This document shows positions 11,200-24,922 of a stretch of DNA of 64,000 nucleotides, piece after piece. The DNA is taken from the NCBI GenBank assembly GCA_013265495.1, contig MU058463.1, positions 2,317,523-2,381,522 on the forward strand, given 5' to 3'. Below the pieces are notes generated by a model. It was not told where the DNA came from and ran no database searches. It saw only the letters and a list, made by a program, of their open reading frames with translations. Made by a program: the position numbers and the translations under genes. Numbering within the stretch: position 1 is the stretch's first letter; each line of letters begins with the position of its first letter. The DNA is from Vicugna vicugna. Taxonomy: Eukaryota.

Positions 11200-12070
11200 C
11201 CCAAGCTGCATCAGTTACAAAATGATTGACTCCACTCTACAGGCTAACAAAAGAAAAAACATGTCTTTTACTGAGGAGAAATCTTATTTACTTCAGTTTC
11301 CACCTTAGTGTTCTTTTACACAAAATGTTTAGAGTAAGATCAGATAATAAGGAACACAAAATAGTAAGAAAATGAGATCCACATGAGAAGAAATAGTCAA
11401 TGGAAGCATACCCAGAGATGGCCCAAATAGTAGAATTGTTAGATGAGTACTTTAAAATAACTGCTAAAAATGCTACAGAATCGGAACATGTGAATAGCAT
11501 ATATAAAGATACGGGGAACTTAAGCTAATACACAGGAACTATTAAAAAGAGTCAAATGGAAAAACCTAGAAATGAAAACTATGATAACAGAAATAAAAAA
11601 TTCTGCTTTAAAACAGAGTGGACACCATAGAGGAAAAACAGCAATGAACTTGAATATAGGAAAGTAGAAAATATCCAAACCAAAAGCAAAAGAATAAAAC
11701 TAATTTTAAAAGATATATCTGATATCTGTACAGTATCAAACAGTATAAAATATAAGTAACTAAAGTCTTGGAAAAAGGAAAGAAAAATAAGACAGAAAAA
11801 ACTGAGGCATAATGATCAAGGACTTTCCAAGACTGATGAAAGACATCAAAATACATATCTAAGATGACAAAACCAAGCAGGATAAAAACACACATACATA
11901 CACAGAGCCCTAAGCATATTATAGTCAAACTGCTGACCTGAATCTTAAAAGTAGTCAAAGAGAGAAAGAACACAGATACATTACATACAGGAGAACAAAG
12001 ACTCAAATGGTGGCTGACTTCTTGTCAGAATCAGTGGAGGACAGTGGCAATGGAACAATGTCATAAAACA
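11200..12070 (+). mobile_element. Old L1 ORF1 relic, sense orientation
   Basis: A-rich; cctaagcatattatagtcaaactg (PxHIIVKL) and gctgacttcttgtcagaa...caatggaacaat (ADFxSE...QWNN) motifs of L1 ORF1p. Confidence 0.7.
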
Positions 12071-13911
12071 GCTAACCACTCAACACTTACAAACTAAAAA
12101 CACAGGGGTAGTTCTCGAAGCAGGGAAGGGAAACTAGAAGAGACCTGCCAGTGCACTAGCAAAGTCTGGGAGTGGAGCAGGAGGGCTTTGCAAAACTCTT
12201 AGGCATTCCAAGCCTTCACATAGAATTGGGTGGTTTCCCTACAAAAGACAAGGGAAAAAAGCAACAAAACAATTGCTGTGCCTCCATTCTCTAATTATTA
12301 ATTTTCCATTGCTTACCGGCAGTTTAAAACAATATGGAAAAAAACATTTATAAAAATCTTAAATGAAATCATTGTTGTAAATGAAAAACATTTGGATAAT
12401 TTCAGATCCTACACATAAGCAATAATAAGCAGTTCAGCGATCATTTTTTGCTCTTTAATATAGTTTCAAATGTAACAAGTACTTTTAGACTTATAACTTA
12501 GAACCTTTTTAGGGCATATTTAAAAGAAATTATCAATGTGACCCTTCTTATTGTTATATTATTTTCTTAAAGATATATCCAGTATTTATTTTACTCTTTC
12601 AAAAAATTTAATTCTTTATAACAGGCTGACTGTGTGTGTAAGAGAGAGAGAGATCCCATTTTGAAAACTAGTTTATAAACTTGCAGTTACTAGTCTGTGA
12701 AGTTTCTCAAGCACTTTCTCAAATTGGAATGTTTAAGTTTTGAAGCTTCTGGTGACAATGAGTACTCCCAAATTGGAAGAACAGTTGTATTCAGTGAGCA
12801 ATTATGACTATTCATTATGGTTAGGAAAAGGTTTTTGACTCCAGTTATCCTTTTTTGGTTTCAAATCAAGAAAAAGTTTTATTGCCATGCTGAAGTGTGT
12901 GAACATTTTGGGGACTAAGTTAGGGGATAGTGGGGAAGATTAATAAAGCAGTGAAATAACTTGATCATGTCTCTTTTTAAGAATGAAAGTTTGATGTTTA
13001 GAGATTTGATTAGGTTATAGCATTTTGGAAACAAGGAAGACTAAGTAGCAGTTTTTAATTCTAATTTTAAGAGTGGTTTGTAAAATGCCAGAATTTGGAC
13101 TTTGGCAGGAGATAGGAAGAGAGAGGTAATATTCTTAGGACATATGTACTGAATATATGTGAGGGCTGTCTCAGCAGTAAGGATATAGAGAAAAAGGAAG
13201 GACTTGTCAGAATGCTTGGGGACTTTTTATTGAACTTTTTGGGTATCTGTGACAGCTTTTTGAACTTGTTTGTACACCTTTATGTTTGTTATAATTGGGT
13301 TTGACCTAAACTGAGAGTTATTTTTTGTGAGTTTTGGTTGATTTGCCCCTAATTAAGTATACTGTTACATAGTGTGATAATTAGTAGATTCTTCTTAACC
13401 ATTGTGATTGGTTCTAGGAAAAAGGTAGACACAGTTACCTAGTCTGAAACAGATAAGCACACCAATAGTAACATTTTAACAGTGGTAGAAATATGTATGC
13501 ATCTTAAGGTCTGGCAATTGAGGAAGAATATATAAAATGTTTCTACTTAGTAGAATTTAGTTATTCTTTGTCCTTCCCAGAGGCTCAAAATTTGCTCATG
13601 AGTGTTCAGGAAAGGGAATTCTATGGCTCTTGAAAAAGACCTAGAGGAAAAAAATTTAGAATTACATACTGAATGATTTTTAAGTTCAGTTAACTGAAAG
13701 TTCCTGGGAATGAGATTAGGGGAGGGAGTGCAATGATGGTGAAAGCTTAGCATCTTATTGTCAGATTTATAGTTCAGTGCCTTTGTTTTAAAACTGAGAA
13801 AACTGAAGCCTAGGGGAATAAAATGCTAACCTAGGATTACATAATTTGTGAATAAGGTAAGATAACACTAGACTAGGAATCTGAAAAGCCCTGGATTTTT
13901 GGAATTCAGTC

Positions 13912-13913
<2 letters not shown>

Positions 13914-13955
<42 letters not shown>
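13914..13955. repeat. Poly(T) homopolymer, 42 nt
   Basis: Uninterrupted T run. Confidence 0.9.
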
Positions 13956-13957
<2 letters not shown>

Positions 13958-14860
13958 TTTTCAGTACTGCACTGCTTCAAGGAAAAGCTGACAGTTTGGC
14001 TTAGAAGACAACATAGATTTGATAGGGAATAGTGCTTAAAATACAGTGACTAGATTTTAGCACTTATTCTGAAGATCGGGTGGGTATAATAGGCATCTTA
14101 TAACTTTAAATTTTATTGTAGTTTGTTCCTTAGTAATTTTTTTTTGGTGTTGGTAGGTTAATAGTAATGCTCTCATATTTGTAATCATATTTATTTGTAA
14201 TTATTTCTAATTTGGCAGAGCATCTGTTCTCTCATATAAGGAAACTGAAGTCTTTGGAAGCTAGAGCCCTTCCCTGGAGAATTCAACCCTTCCTCAACTG
14301 TGAATTGGAATGTAAAACATATACTAAATGTGGAATTTTGTTGTAGGCTGCCATATCAGTATTTCTTCTGCAGTTCCACTTTTAAGAGAGTTCTGTGACA
14401 TTGTTCTGTTAATCACACCTCTGTGCTTAGTTTGCTATTTGGGGTACTCCTTTTTGCACTGAACACTGTAGAGTTTTGCAGTCTGATTATTGGGTCTTGT
14501 CTTTGGGAGTATGTTGAATTAGACATTTAATGAACACTTTCTGAATAACTTCTAAAGCAGTGATTCTCAAATATGATGTGAGGACTCCTGGGGTTTCTTG
14601 AGACCCTTTCATGGGGTCTTTTGAGGTTTCCTCGGTTTTCCAAGTGTATATCTATGTTGAGGACAGACTTTCTTCATATATTTCAACCCAAACAGCGTAT
14701 CACAACAGAGTGAATGTGAAAGTAGGTTAAAGAATCAGTCTGTTATTTAGGCCAGACATTACTAGTATTTGCAAAAAAATGTGAAACATTGTCAGTCTTC
14801 TCACTACATTTTTATTTCATTGTGAAAATAAAACTTTTTTTTCATAAAAAATATAGGGTA

Positions 14861-15291
14861 CAGGTTTCCATCTGTCCAAAAGTAGAGTGTTCCTGTGAAA
14901 CCTTTTAGAAGCCAAAATAGTGTTAAGTGAAGAAGCAGTTACCTTAGGACACATCTTGCTAATGGATGCACAAAATAAATCGAGATCAAACACATGCTTA
15001 CAGATAACAGTCATAGCTATGGTGACTTGAATGCTGAGGATGCCCAATGTAGTTCCTCAGGAAGGAGCTTGGCAGTGCTACTCTTGCTGCTCATGATACA
15101 GTATGGCTCACTGCACAAAAAAAGGAAAGAAAAAAAAGCTGGACACTATTTTTGCTTTTTGTCTTTTTATGTAAAAGCAAACGTCCTTTTTGGATTTCTC
15201 ATGGTTAGTGAAAACAGTTACTAATGTAGGTCTTTTGTAAAAGTTTTACAAAGTGGCATAAAGCAAACTTTCAAGAAGTAGGAGATACCTG
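14861..15291. mobile_element. TcMar-Tigger-type MITE nested in the hAT element
   Basis: ta|CAGGT... ...ACCTG|tg ends (TA-type TSD, degenerate TIRs). Confidence 0.55.
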
Positions 15292-15299
15292 TGTTTAGT

Positions 15300-15640
15300 T
15301 TCAGGTGAGGCTATCAGTCACGGAGCTCTGCCCATCTCTGCCCTGCGGTGGGGATATGGCTCAAACTGGGGAAGATCAGTCATTTTCAAGGATCAATATG
15401 ATGCTCTGAGAGAGAGGGCAGGCCCCTTTCTCTGGCTTCACTAGCTGTCAGAATAATGTGAGCCCAGAACTGATCAGGGCCATCTTTGTTGCAACTTGGA
15501 GAGCACCTGCAAATTCAAAGGAAAGCAAATGGAATGGGAGGATCCTGTTGACATCTTTTGAACTCCTGGATCCAGCTATGCCTTAAGTCAGCCCTACCAT
15601 TGGATGTCACGTTTACTTATACCAATAATTACTTTTCCTG
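15300..15640 (+). mobile_element. MLT1 (MaLR LTR) fragment
   Basis: gaactcctggatccagctatgccttaagtcagccctacc...accaataattactttt, typical of the MLT1 3' portion. Confidence 0.6.
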
Positions 15641-16629
15641 CCCCCCCCCCCCGCCAAGGTTATGTTAAATTGTAATGGATATGTTGTTATTTTAAACTGA
15701 ATAATTTAGAATTTTATCAATTTTAATTCCTAATGTGGTAAATACTGGTAGATATAATCCATTTAAATGAAAGCTTTTTGTGTTCTCTTATAATTTTTAA
15801 AGTGTAAAAGGATTCTGAGACCTTGAGAACCACTGCTCTCAAGGGTAAGAAGAAATTGTTGCCATTACGTAGGGGTAATATAGGAGAATGAAGGAACTAA
15901 CTGAATTGTTTTCAGTGTTATAATTATATGTTTTGTGGTAAGTTTCTTGCAGTGATAAATGATTTGTGTGATGCTCATGGAAGACCATATTTAGATATGT
16001 TTATTTTGTGGTGGTTTTATTTTATTTTGTAGAATGAAGTGGGAATGCAGTAATTCTTAATTAGTAACCTTTGCTGTAACTGATTACTATGAAAAAATAA
16101 TGTTTTTGCCTCTGTTTGAATTGAATGAAGCTGTATAAACTATGGCAACTGAACTTTTCAATTATATATTATGTTTGTTGTAATGGAATTTGAGTTTTTA
16201 AAAGAGTAATTCTTAGTACAGAATAATTGTATGACTTTGTTGCAAATTAGGTATTTTTCTTGAATATAAAGTGAAAATTTGGTAGGAACAGACGTGGGTG
16301 TATATCCGTGTTCTAAAGTTACTGAGTTAACATATTTAAATTTAATTTTTAATTCCCACTGCCACCTCCAGCTCCTCCTTCTCAAGATTACTGAAAATGG
16401 AAGGTTGGGTTAAATTCCATCAGTTATCTTCCACTGAATTTCTAAACCCTCCAAACTTTTTGAAATATTCTTCTGGGATGACTGGAGTGTTAGCTTTGTA
16501 AATTTTATTTCCTTTTAATACTTTACAGTTTCATTACTATTTTGAAACCCCTAAATTAATATGTAAAAACTAGTATGATGAGTGTGTTAGGAGGATTAAT
16601 TACAACCTTTATATCTAGGGGTGATTTTT

Positions 16630-17907
16630 TTAAATTGAAGTATAATTCATTTACAGTGTTGTGTTAGTTTCTAGTGTACAGCAGAGAGATTCAGATGTAT
16701 ACACACACACACACACACACACATTCTTTTCCATATTTTCCATTATGGTTTATTATAGGACATTGAATATAGTTCCCTGTGCTATACAGTAGGGCCTTGT
16801 TGTTTATTTTACATATAATAGTTTGTGTCTGCTAATCCTGAACTCCTACTTTATCCCTCTCCTGATCCCCATAAATTTGTTTTCTATGTCTATGAGTATG
16901 TTTTGTAAATAAGCTCATTTGTATCATATTTTAGGTTCCACATATAAGTGATATCATGGTATTTGTCTTTCTGACTGACTTCACTTAGTATGGTAATCTC
17001 TGGGTCTATCCATGTTGCTGCAAATGGTGTTATTTCATTCTTTTGTATGGCTGAATAGTATTCCTTTGTGTATATATATCACATCTTTATCCATTCATCT
17101 GTAAATGGACATTTGGGTTGCTTCTATGTCTTGGCTATTGTAAATAGTGCTGCTATGAATATTGGGGTGCATGTACCTTTTCGAATTAGGATTTCCTCTG
17201 GATATGTGCCCAAGAATGAGATTGCTGGATCATATGGTAACTCTATTTTTAGTTTTCTAAGGAACCTCCACAGTGCTTTCTATAGTGGCTGCAACAGTTT
17301 CCATTCCCACCAACAGTGTAGAAGGGTTCCCTTGTTCCACATCCTCTCCAGCATTTGTTACTTACAGACTTTTTAATGATGGACATTCTGACCAGTGTGA
17401 GATTTTACCTCATAATAGTTTTGATTTGCATTTCGCTAGTAATTAGTGATGTTGAGCATCTTTTTATGTGCCAACTGGCCATCTGTATGTCTTTGGAGAA
17501 ATGTCTATTTAGGTCTTCTGCCTATTTTTGGATTGAGTTGTTTGTTTTTTTGTTACTGAGTTGTATGAGCTGTTTGTATAATTAAACCCTTGTTGGTCCC
17601 ATTGTTTGCAAATATTTTCTCCCAGTTTGTAGGTTGTCTTTTTATGGTTTCCTTTGCTGTGCCAAAGCTTATAAGTTTGATTAGGTCCCATTTGCTTATT
17701 TTTGCTTTTATTTCTATTGCCTTGGGAGACTGACCTAAGAAAACGTTGGTGTGATTTATGTCAGAATTTTTCATCTGTGGTCTCTTCTAGGAGTGTCATG
17801 GTGTCATGTATTATATTGAAGTCTTTAAGCCATTCTGAGTTTATTTTTGTGTATAGTGTGAAGGTGTGTTCTAACCTCATTGATTTACATGTGGCTGTTC
17901 AGCTTTC
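16630..17907 (-). mobile_element. 5'-truncated, relatively young L1 (ORF2 C-terminus and 3' UTR) with 16-bp TSD
   Basis: ORF 17553..17774(-) [42 protein letters not shown] is L1 ORF2; TSD tctaggggtgattttt (16614-16629) / tctaagggtgattttt (17908-17923); internal (AC)n at ~16700-16722. Confidence 0.9.
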
Positions 17908-18289
17908 TCTAAGGGTGATTTTTGATTCATGCTATTTGAAATCTTTCTTAAGAAAATTAAGTTCTTTTGGGGGGAGACTTTATTAGAACATTTGATTTTC
18001 TGCATTGCTTTGGCTTCTGTAACATACTTATTGTGTATGCTCCCCTCCGCAGTTATAGCTGTAAGAGAATGACTCTCTTAGGTGTTCACCCCATGCTTTT
18101 TCAAGGGCAATACTATTATTTGTATCCTTAACACAGTATATTCAGAGATTGATCAAGTTTTATTTTTATGCCTTTAAAATCATTGGTTTGAATGACTTCA
18201 TCGTGGTTTAGATTTTTAATTTATCAAAAGTCATTGAAGCAGTTAATTTTAAATCCTTGCAGAGGTGAGAGTTTAGAAATTTAAATGTT

Positions 18290-18755
18290 CAGGAATGCTC
18301 ACTATGCTCCATCCCACTGGACTCCTCTTCCTCGTGTCAAGTAGATCCCCGTCTCAGGCCTTATTCTGTCAGGTTCCTTTGCCTGGGCTTTCCTTTTTCC
18401 AGATAGCCAAAAAGCTTGCTTTCATTGCATTCGGCTCCCTGTTTAAATATCACTTCATCAAAAGTCCTTTTCTGATGTTCTTATCTAGGATCTACTCATT
18501 TATTCCTTCACCTCCCTTCCTTTTCTTCTTCTTTTTCTTCCCTTCATTCCTCTTCTTCTGTACTTTACCCCCTTACCTACCTCTTCAGAGCACTTTTCTA
18601 CATGAAAACACCCTATATGTATGTATTGTCTGTCTCCTCCCTACACAACCAATGTAAACTCTGAAAACAGTGACTTTATTTTTTCTAGATCCTCAGAATC
18701 TAGAACAGTGCCTGACATTGTAGATACTTATTAAATATTTGTCAAAAATAAATGT
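18290..18755 (+). mobile_element. LINE-2 3' end relic
   Basis: Ends ...agaacagtgcctgacattgtagatacttattaaatatttgtc, the L2 terminal motif. Confidence 0.7.
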
Positions 18756-20833
18756 GATATTTGGAAGATAATCAATAAACTATTTTTAAATTTTATTCTC
18801 AGAACCTTACGAAAATGGAAAAGAAAATGTCCCTGACAAATGAGCTAATGAGAGTGAAATAGATTTGTACATATATTCTCTTTCTTTCTCTTTCAGTCTT
18901 CTGTCTCAGAGGCTCAAAGTTTACATATTTGAGTGAAAAATTCTATTTAAAAATTTTCATGCATTTTTAATAAAATTATCTCATAATTTATATTTATTGT
19001 TTCGTGTAATTAAAAAACTTTGTTACTAATATTTACAGATCAGTAACTGAAAGTACTGTAGCATCTTATATTTTGTATAATATCTCATAAACAAAATTAA
19101 ACCTAAGGATTATACTCTTTGAGGTTTGTGAGGGATTTATTATCCAATCTAGTACTTATCTGCCAGGGGCTGTTCAGTTTATGCTTGACACCATTCTAGT
19201 GATGGAGAACTCTTTCAGGCATTTTATTCAGCCTTTGGGAGGCTCTTATTATTAAAAAATTCAATCTCTATTTTAAGCCAAAATCTGTTGCTTCTACTTA
19301 CTGGTTCTAACTATATCCCATGGAGGATATATTGAGTAAATGTAATCCTTCTTTCTAGTGATAGGCCTTCAATTATTTGAAAACCTACCAAATTCACTCT
19401 GACAGTTCAATTTTCTAGGCCAAGAATCCTTAGCAAGCTATCTGATAATGATATTCATTTACCATTCTGGCAATCTTCTAAGAATATTTGAGTTTGTTTA
19501 TATATTTATAAAAGGTGGCACCTAAAAATGAAAGCAGTGGTACTTCCTATTGCACAAGAGAGCTGCATTGTTTCCTCTCTAGTTCTCTGTTTTCTATTTT
19601 ATTGCATCTTTATGATTTGTTTACCTTCAACAGCAGCCGCACTTTCACACTTTATCTATGTGACTTTTGTTAGTTAAAATACTTAGTTGCTCCCCATTGA
19701 TCCCATCTTCCACAGTGCTTTGTAAATCATGTGTTTCTTATTTTGTAGCTTCTGGTTTTCTTTGTGTTTATCTGATGCCACCCCCCCCCCAAGGGTAATT
19801 GGAGTTGGAAAACTCTCTGGTCAGAGTCATAATTTATTGGCAGATTTATGCTTTTGCTGGGCTAAGAAGTTCTTATGGAACATAGAATTAGTGCGAATTC
19901 AATTAGTAGGAATGAAGTATTCACTCTTTCAGTATTATTTCTTTGTCCTTAACATTTTCAAAATCTTTTTTTCTGTCTTCATGATCTGAAAGATTTTAGC
20001 CCCACTTTTCTTTAACATGTTTCCAAAATGCTAGCAGTATACCAGAGGGTAAAGTCTAGCTCTGACAAGATAATGTGCCATTCAGATCACAAACCTATCA
20101 ACAGTAGCATCTGGTGTAGCACAGTTCCTCATGAACAATCTGACTTGTCATGGAGACAGTTTTTTAAAATGACCACTTACTATCAGAATTTAATTTTCTT
20201 TTGATTTAGTGATTTGAACATTTTTATTTCATTAATTTTGCATAGCAGGTTAATGTTGATGCCAGATGTTCAGATGAAGTAGCATTGGTACTTTTAATTA
20301 GGACAAATAGAAAAAGGGATGCACATTTTGCCTTCTCTTCCTGATCCATAACATTTTGGTATATTATTAAACTTCTGTGGTTCAAATTATTTTGTTTAGC
20401 TATAATTTGTAAGTACAGACCTTTTCTTGTTTTCAAAAATTTTGAAATAAAAATGAAATGATTTCCTATAGGACTTAAGAAAAGTTACCTTCTAAATGCA
20501 TATTTACCTGTTTCACTATTAAATGTGAAATTATAAACTGTGCTTCTATATAATTTTCAGTCTAACACATTTTAAAAAGTAATCTGCCTTTCAGACTATT
20601 TCAGGTATTTAGCATTTTTGTGTATGGTAGTTGATTTGTTGTGGCTGCTGTCGCTTTTATTGGTTTTTGATTTGATTTGAATTGCTTCTAACAGAAGATG
20701 TTGAACAAAGATTGTTTAGGAATTCTGTATTGCTGTTTTGTTAAACTGTAGTCTGTACCATAATGATTACAAAACCACAAAGTTCTTTCACCACATATTT
20801 AGCTGCTAATATTCGAATTCTTTTAAAGTGCCC

Positions 20834-20883
20834 TATTTAAAAAAATACTGGAGGGAATTATTTAAAAAAATACTGGAGGGAAT
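20834..20883. repeat. Perfect 25-bp tandem duplication
   Basis: tatttaaaaaaatactggagggaat x2. Confidence 0.9.
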
Positions 20884-21499
20884 GGAATAGATTTGGTGTT
20901 TGGCTAAGAGAGATGCAAAGTGACAGTTACCAGAACAGCCGTTGTTAAACTGAAAATTTACCACAACCACCAAACCAATATTCAGTAAAATCATAGCATT
21001 TGGATTCAATGTGGAGACTCTGAGTTTGCTTGTTAACAGCAGTTGCAATAAAACAGTATAACACATTGATAATATTATGTCTCTCAGTGATTTCCAGTAA
21101 ACTGAAGCAGGTTTAGCTTGATATCTAGTTAGGTTAATGTTTAGTTGATTATGCTTATTCAGGTTGCCTAGCATGAATAAGTATTGTTTCATGTGTCTCT
21201 CATGCAGTATTACCAGATTGTCAGTTATAAATGTATCTATAGATACATCATGAGGTTATTGTCCCATTTCTTCATGCAGATCTAAGTACTTCCATGCTCA
21301 TGATAAACATGAAAAATTAACCTATCATGAATCATTTTGTCTGCATTAAAAAGGTTGCTATAAGTAAGTATATTGAAATTAAACTTCAAAGAGAAAATGT
21401 TTAAAAATCTCATATACCATTGAAATGAATTTTCTTATTTAGGTTATAACCCACTTCAAGTCTTTGTAAAGAAATGAAAATAGGTCTATGAGAAAAGTT

Positions 21500-22030
21500 A
21501 GTTTATGATTACTAACAAATTACCCTGAAACTTAGTAGCACAGCAGACATTTGTCATCTCATGACATTTATCATTCCTGTGGGTCAGAAATTTGGAGTAG
21601 GTCAGTAGGTATTTCTGGCTCAGAGTCTGATGAGATTGCAATCAAACTGTTGATCAGTGCTGCAGTCCTCTCAGGGTCCCGCTGGGTCTGTAGAATCGGC
21701 TTCTGTGCTCACTCACATGTGGCTATTGGCAAGAGACCTTAGTCCTCCCTGGAGCCCTCATTTCATAGCCACATGCTTTCCATAAGGCTGCTTGAATGTC
21801 CTTGAAATGTAAACAGCTGATTTCTGTAGAATAAATGATTCCAGAAAGAGAGAAAGGAAGATACCATGGTTTTATTACCTAGATGGTGTTCAGCCTCAGA
21901 AATGAGACACCATCACTTCTGCCGTATTCTATTTAGAAGCAAGGCACTAAATTGAGCCCACTCAAAGGGTGGGGAATTGGGCTCTACCTTTTGAAAGGAA
22001 GATTGAAAAGTTTGAAGACATATTTAGTCA
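21500..22030 (-). mobile_element. MLT1 (MaLR) solo LTR relic
   Basis: taacaaattaccctgaaacttagtagc...ctgtgggtcagaaatttgg...catcacttctgccgtattctatt antisense MLT1 motifs. Confidence 0.7.
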
Positions 22031-23451
22031 CCCCAAAGATGTATACTAAGGAGTGTTAATAGCATATGATAAATGCTATACTGATTCCTTAATAGAGTAA
22101 TTTCTCAGCTCTGGCAGTGTATCAGACTCATCTATGTGGCTTACAAAACAAAGCAAAATGCAGATGATTGAATTAGACCTGTTGATTCACTTAAAGTCAG
22201 GTTTTCCATATATGTTTCTGCTGTGCAACCAAAGCTATTCAGTATCTTTAAGATGTACTTTTTGTTTCAGTGGCATGTCATTGCTCTACTTTTGTAAAAT
22301 TGTTACATTCTGGATATGTATAGGAATTAAGACTTTTTGGTGTTACCTATTACAGTATTTTCTAGCTTTAATGTATATATGTTCCTTATTAATATCCTAG
22401 CATTTGAACTTTTGTTAGGACATGTGGAATCTCTGTTTTGTTTTTATTATTAAAATAATGTTTATTATAGAGTCAGAATTGCTAACAGTTGTTATAATAA
22501 AGAGCAATAAAAATCAATTGAAGGGTGTCATATATCGTGTGTATGTTTTTCCATAAATGAACTATTACGTTATCCTACCTCCCCCCTCATTTGTAGTCTT
22601 CTCTCCCTACTGTAATTCCCTAATATATTTGTCTTTTTTTTAAAGCCATGATTGGTAAGCCTTTTTGTGTCATCAGTGTCCTTTGAAAATATAATTTACT
22701 GAGCATCATTTATGTTATTGGCATGAAACTAAGCCAAGCTAGGAAAATAAATAAAGTGGGGCAGGGAAATGGATTCTAGGTAGGGATTTTACTTGGTGAC
22801 ATAGAAGATTAGTAGAAAGAAAGTGAAGCAAATGTGGCTGAGGAATTTAGAGGCTCTTTGAAATAATGAACTCTGAAAATTAACCTGAAAAGGGGAGAGT
22901 CCAGGGAGTAGTAAATTAGAGGGACTGTGCCTTGGATAGCAACTAAGGATATAGGGAGGCATTCTAGGGAGGTTTTTTTTGTAGGAATAATTGGATGGGT
23001 AGGGAGTTAGTGGCTGTAACTAGATGTTTATAGGAATAAGTAAATCGGAAGTCTGGATTTTGGGCAGATCATTGTAAGAGGCAATCTGGTGTAGTGGCTA
23101 GGAGTGTGGACTTTGGAGTAAGAAATTTAGATTTAAATCTTGATTCTGTTACTAACTACATGTAGTCTTGGGCAGTTGGCTTAGCTTTTTTCTGAACCTC
23201 AGTTTCATCAGTTAAATTGAGAACTAAGTATGTAAAATATGGAACACAGCTCATGGAACAAACTGGGGTTCAGTAGAGTATATTAATATAGGGAAGAAGA
23301 ACTTACATTTCTTCATTACTTTCTATAAGCCAGATGCTTTTAACATGTATTAACTCACTTAACTATCATACTGACTTAGTTTGTAACTGGAATTTGTAGA
23401 ATGTGCAATTATTTATGGCTAAATTTTCTTCAATATTGCTTTTTTCTTCAG

Positions 23452-23570
23452 CTGTGATGCAGATCCATCAGCCCTAGCAAAATATGTTCTCGCTTTGGTA
23501 AAGAAAGACAAAAGTGAAAAAGAGTTAAAGGCATTATGTATTGATCAACTGGATGTATTTCTTCAAAAAG
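23452..23570 (+). CDS. RBM26: RBM26 coding exon 2 (PWI domain; CDADPSALAKYVLALVKKDKSEKELKALCIDQLDVFLQK)
   Basis: ttcttcag|C TGT GAT ... CAA AAA G|gtaaga; 119 nt; translation matches the RBM26 N-terminal PWI region as I recall it. Confidence 0.96.
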
Positions 23571-24174
23571 GTAAGATCTTTACTTTAAAAGCACTACTTT
23601 AATAAGTTATTTAAAATAAGATTCAGAGAGTATTAAAGGAGCTCAGTAAGAGATAGGCTTTAACTGTAACAAAGTTGAACAAATAGTATTGTTACTAATT
23701 ATATCCATAGGTTATTTATAACAGAAGTCTTTTCTTTCATTAACATCGTCATGCTTATTTTTAAAGAATAATGACATTTTTTCTTAAAAGATCAGGAAGG
23801 TGACTGAAAGATAATACTTTGAATTTTGTCTAGCACAGCACTTCTCAACTTTTTCACTTTGCTAGTATATAGTTAATGATAATATTTCTGTTTGGCACGC
23901 TGGGTAGAATACTTGGAAACTAGTCATGGCTGGGAACGACTGACCCAGAGGTTCTGTCTATTCTGGCTTTCACCACCCTGAGAACTGAGTAGATCAGTAT
24001 TACCGTGGACTTGTGCCATGCCACACTGGTCAGGAAGTTACTGGTCTTAGTATAATTTTTAGATTTGTAAGGTGAAGGCATGTTTCATCATATTTAAGTC
24101 TGAGGTAGAGAAGTGGAGAATTAATATCTTAGGAAATGTTTTTTAATCTGTGGTATTTTTGGTTTTGTTTTTAG

Positions 24175-24311
24175 AGACGCAGATATTTGTGGAAAAACTT
24201 TTTGATGCTGTGAATACAAAGAGTTACCTACCTCCTCCAGAGCAGCCATCATCAGGAAGCTTGAAGGTAGAATTTTTTCAGCACCAAGAAAAAGATATAA
24301 AAAAAGAAGAG
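24175..24311 (+). CDS. RBM26: RBM26 exon 3 (ETQIFVEKLFDAVNTKSYLPPPEQPSSGSLKVEFFQHQEKDIKKEE)
   Basis: tttttag|AG ACG CAG ... GAA GAG|gtaaga; 137 nt; inside ORF 24150..24425; phase continues from exon 2. Confidence 0.96.
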
Positions 24312-24384
24312 GTAAGAATCTGTGTTAAATTTTACATGTTCTTTAAAAACCTATTTGTAATAATTAAACTGAGTTTTATTTTCT

Positions 24385-24922
24385 GTATCTGTGTTGAGAG
24401 TCCTCAAGACCACCCCCAGGTGTGATGATTTCATTAGGAGCACTCACAGGACTCAGTGTATAGTCTTACTCATGGCTATGATTTCTTACAGTGAAAGGAT
24501 ACAGAGCAAAATCAGCAAAGAGAAAAAAAGTGTATGGTGAAAAGTCTGGGGGAAAATAGGAACAGAATTCCAGAAGCCTCTCCCAGTGGAGTCAAATAGG
24601 GTGTGCTTAATGAGTAGTGACAACACATATGAACCAGGGAAGCTCATTAGAGATACAGTGCCAGGGTTTTTATTTAGGGATGGTAACATAGGCACCTTCA
24701 GTGTAGTATGTTCCAGAATCCGAGACTCCAAGGAGGAAAGCAGATGTTTAGCATTAACCATATTGTTTATATAGACAGTTCAGACATGGTGAGCTATGGT
24801 TATCAGGGAATGATGGGAACCTTCAGAAATCAAAGTTTGCAGATGCCAGCCAAGGGCCTACCTTGTCAGCATGACTTTCTAAAAATAATAGTCTCAGGCC
24901 TGCTTTTAACTCTTCTACACAG
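24385..24922. mobile_element. MER21-like ERV LTR relic, just downstream of exon 3
   Basis: gtcctcaagaccacccccagg...actcacaggactcag...gaaaggatacagagcaaaatcagcaaag matches the MER21 consensus as recalled. Confidence 0.7.

Larger units (their letters stand above)
14558..15835. mobile_element. hAT-Charlie-type DNA transposon containing nested insertions
   Basis: TIRs CAGTGATTCTCAA ... TTGAGAACCACTG with degenerate 8-bp TSD ttctaaag/ctctcaag. Confidence 0.7.

Noticed and set aside
11608..12006. Longest ORF in the track (132 aa, hydrophobic)
   Set aside because: Antisense of an A-rich L1 ORF1 relic; the F/L/V bias reflects T-rich composition.
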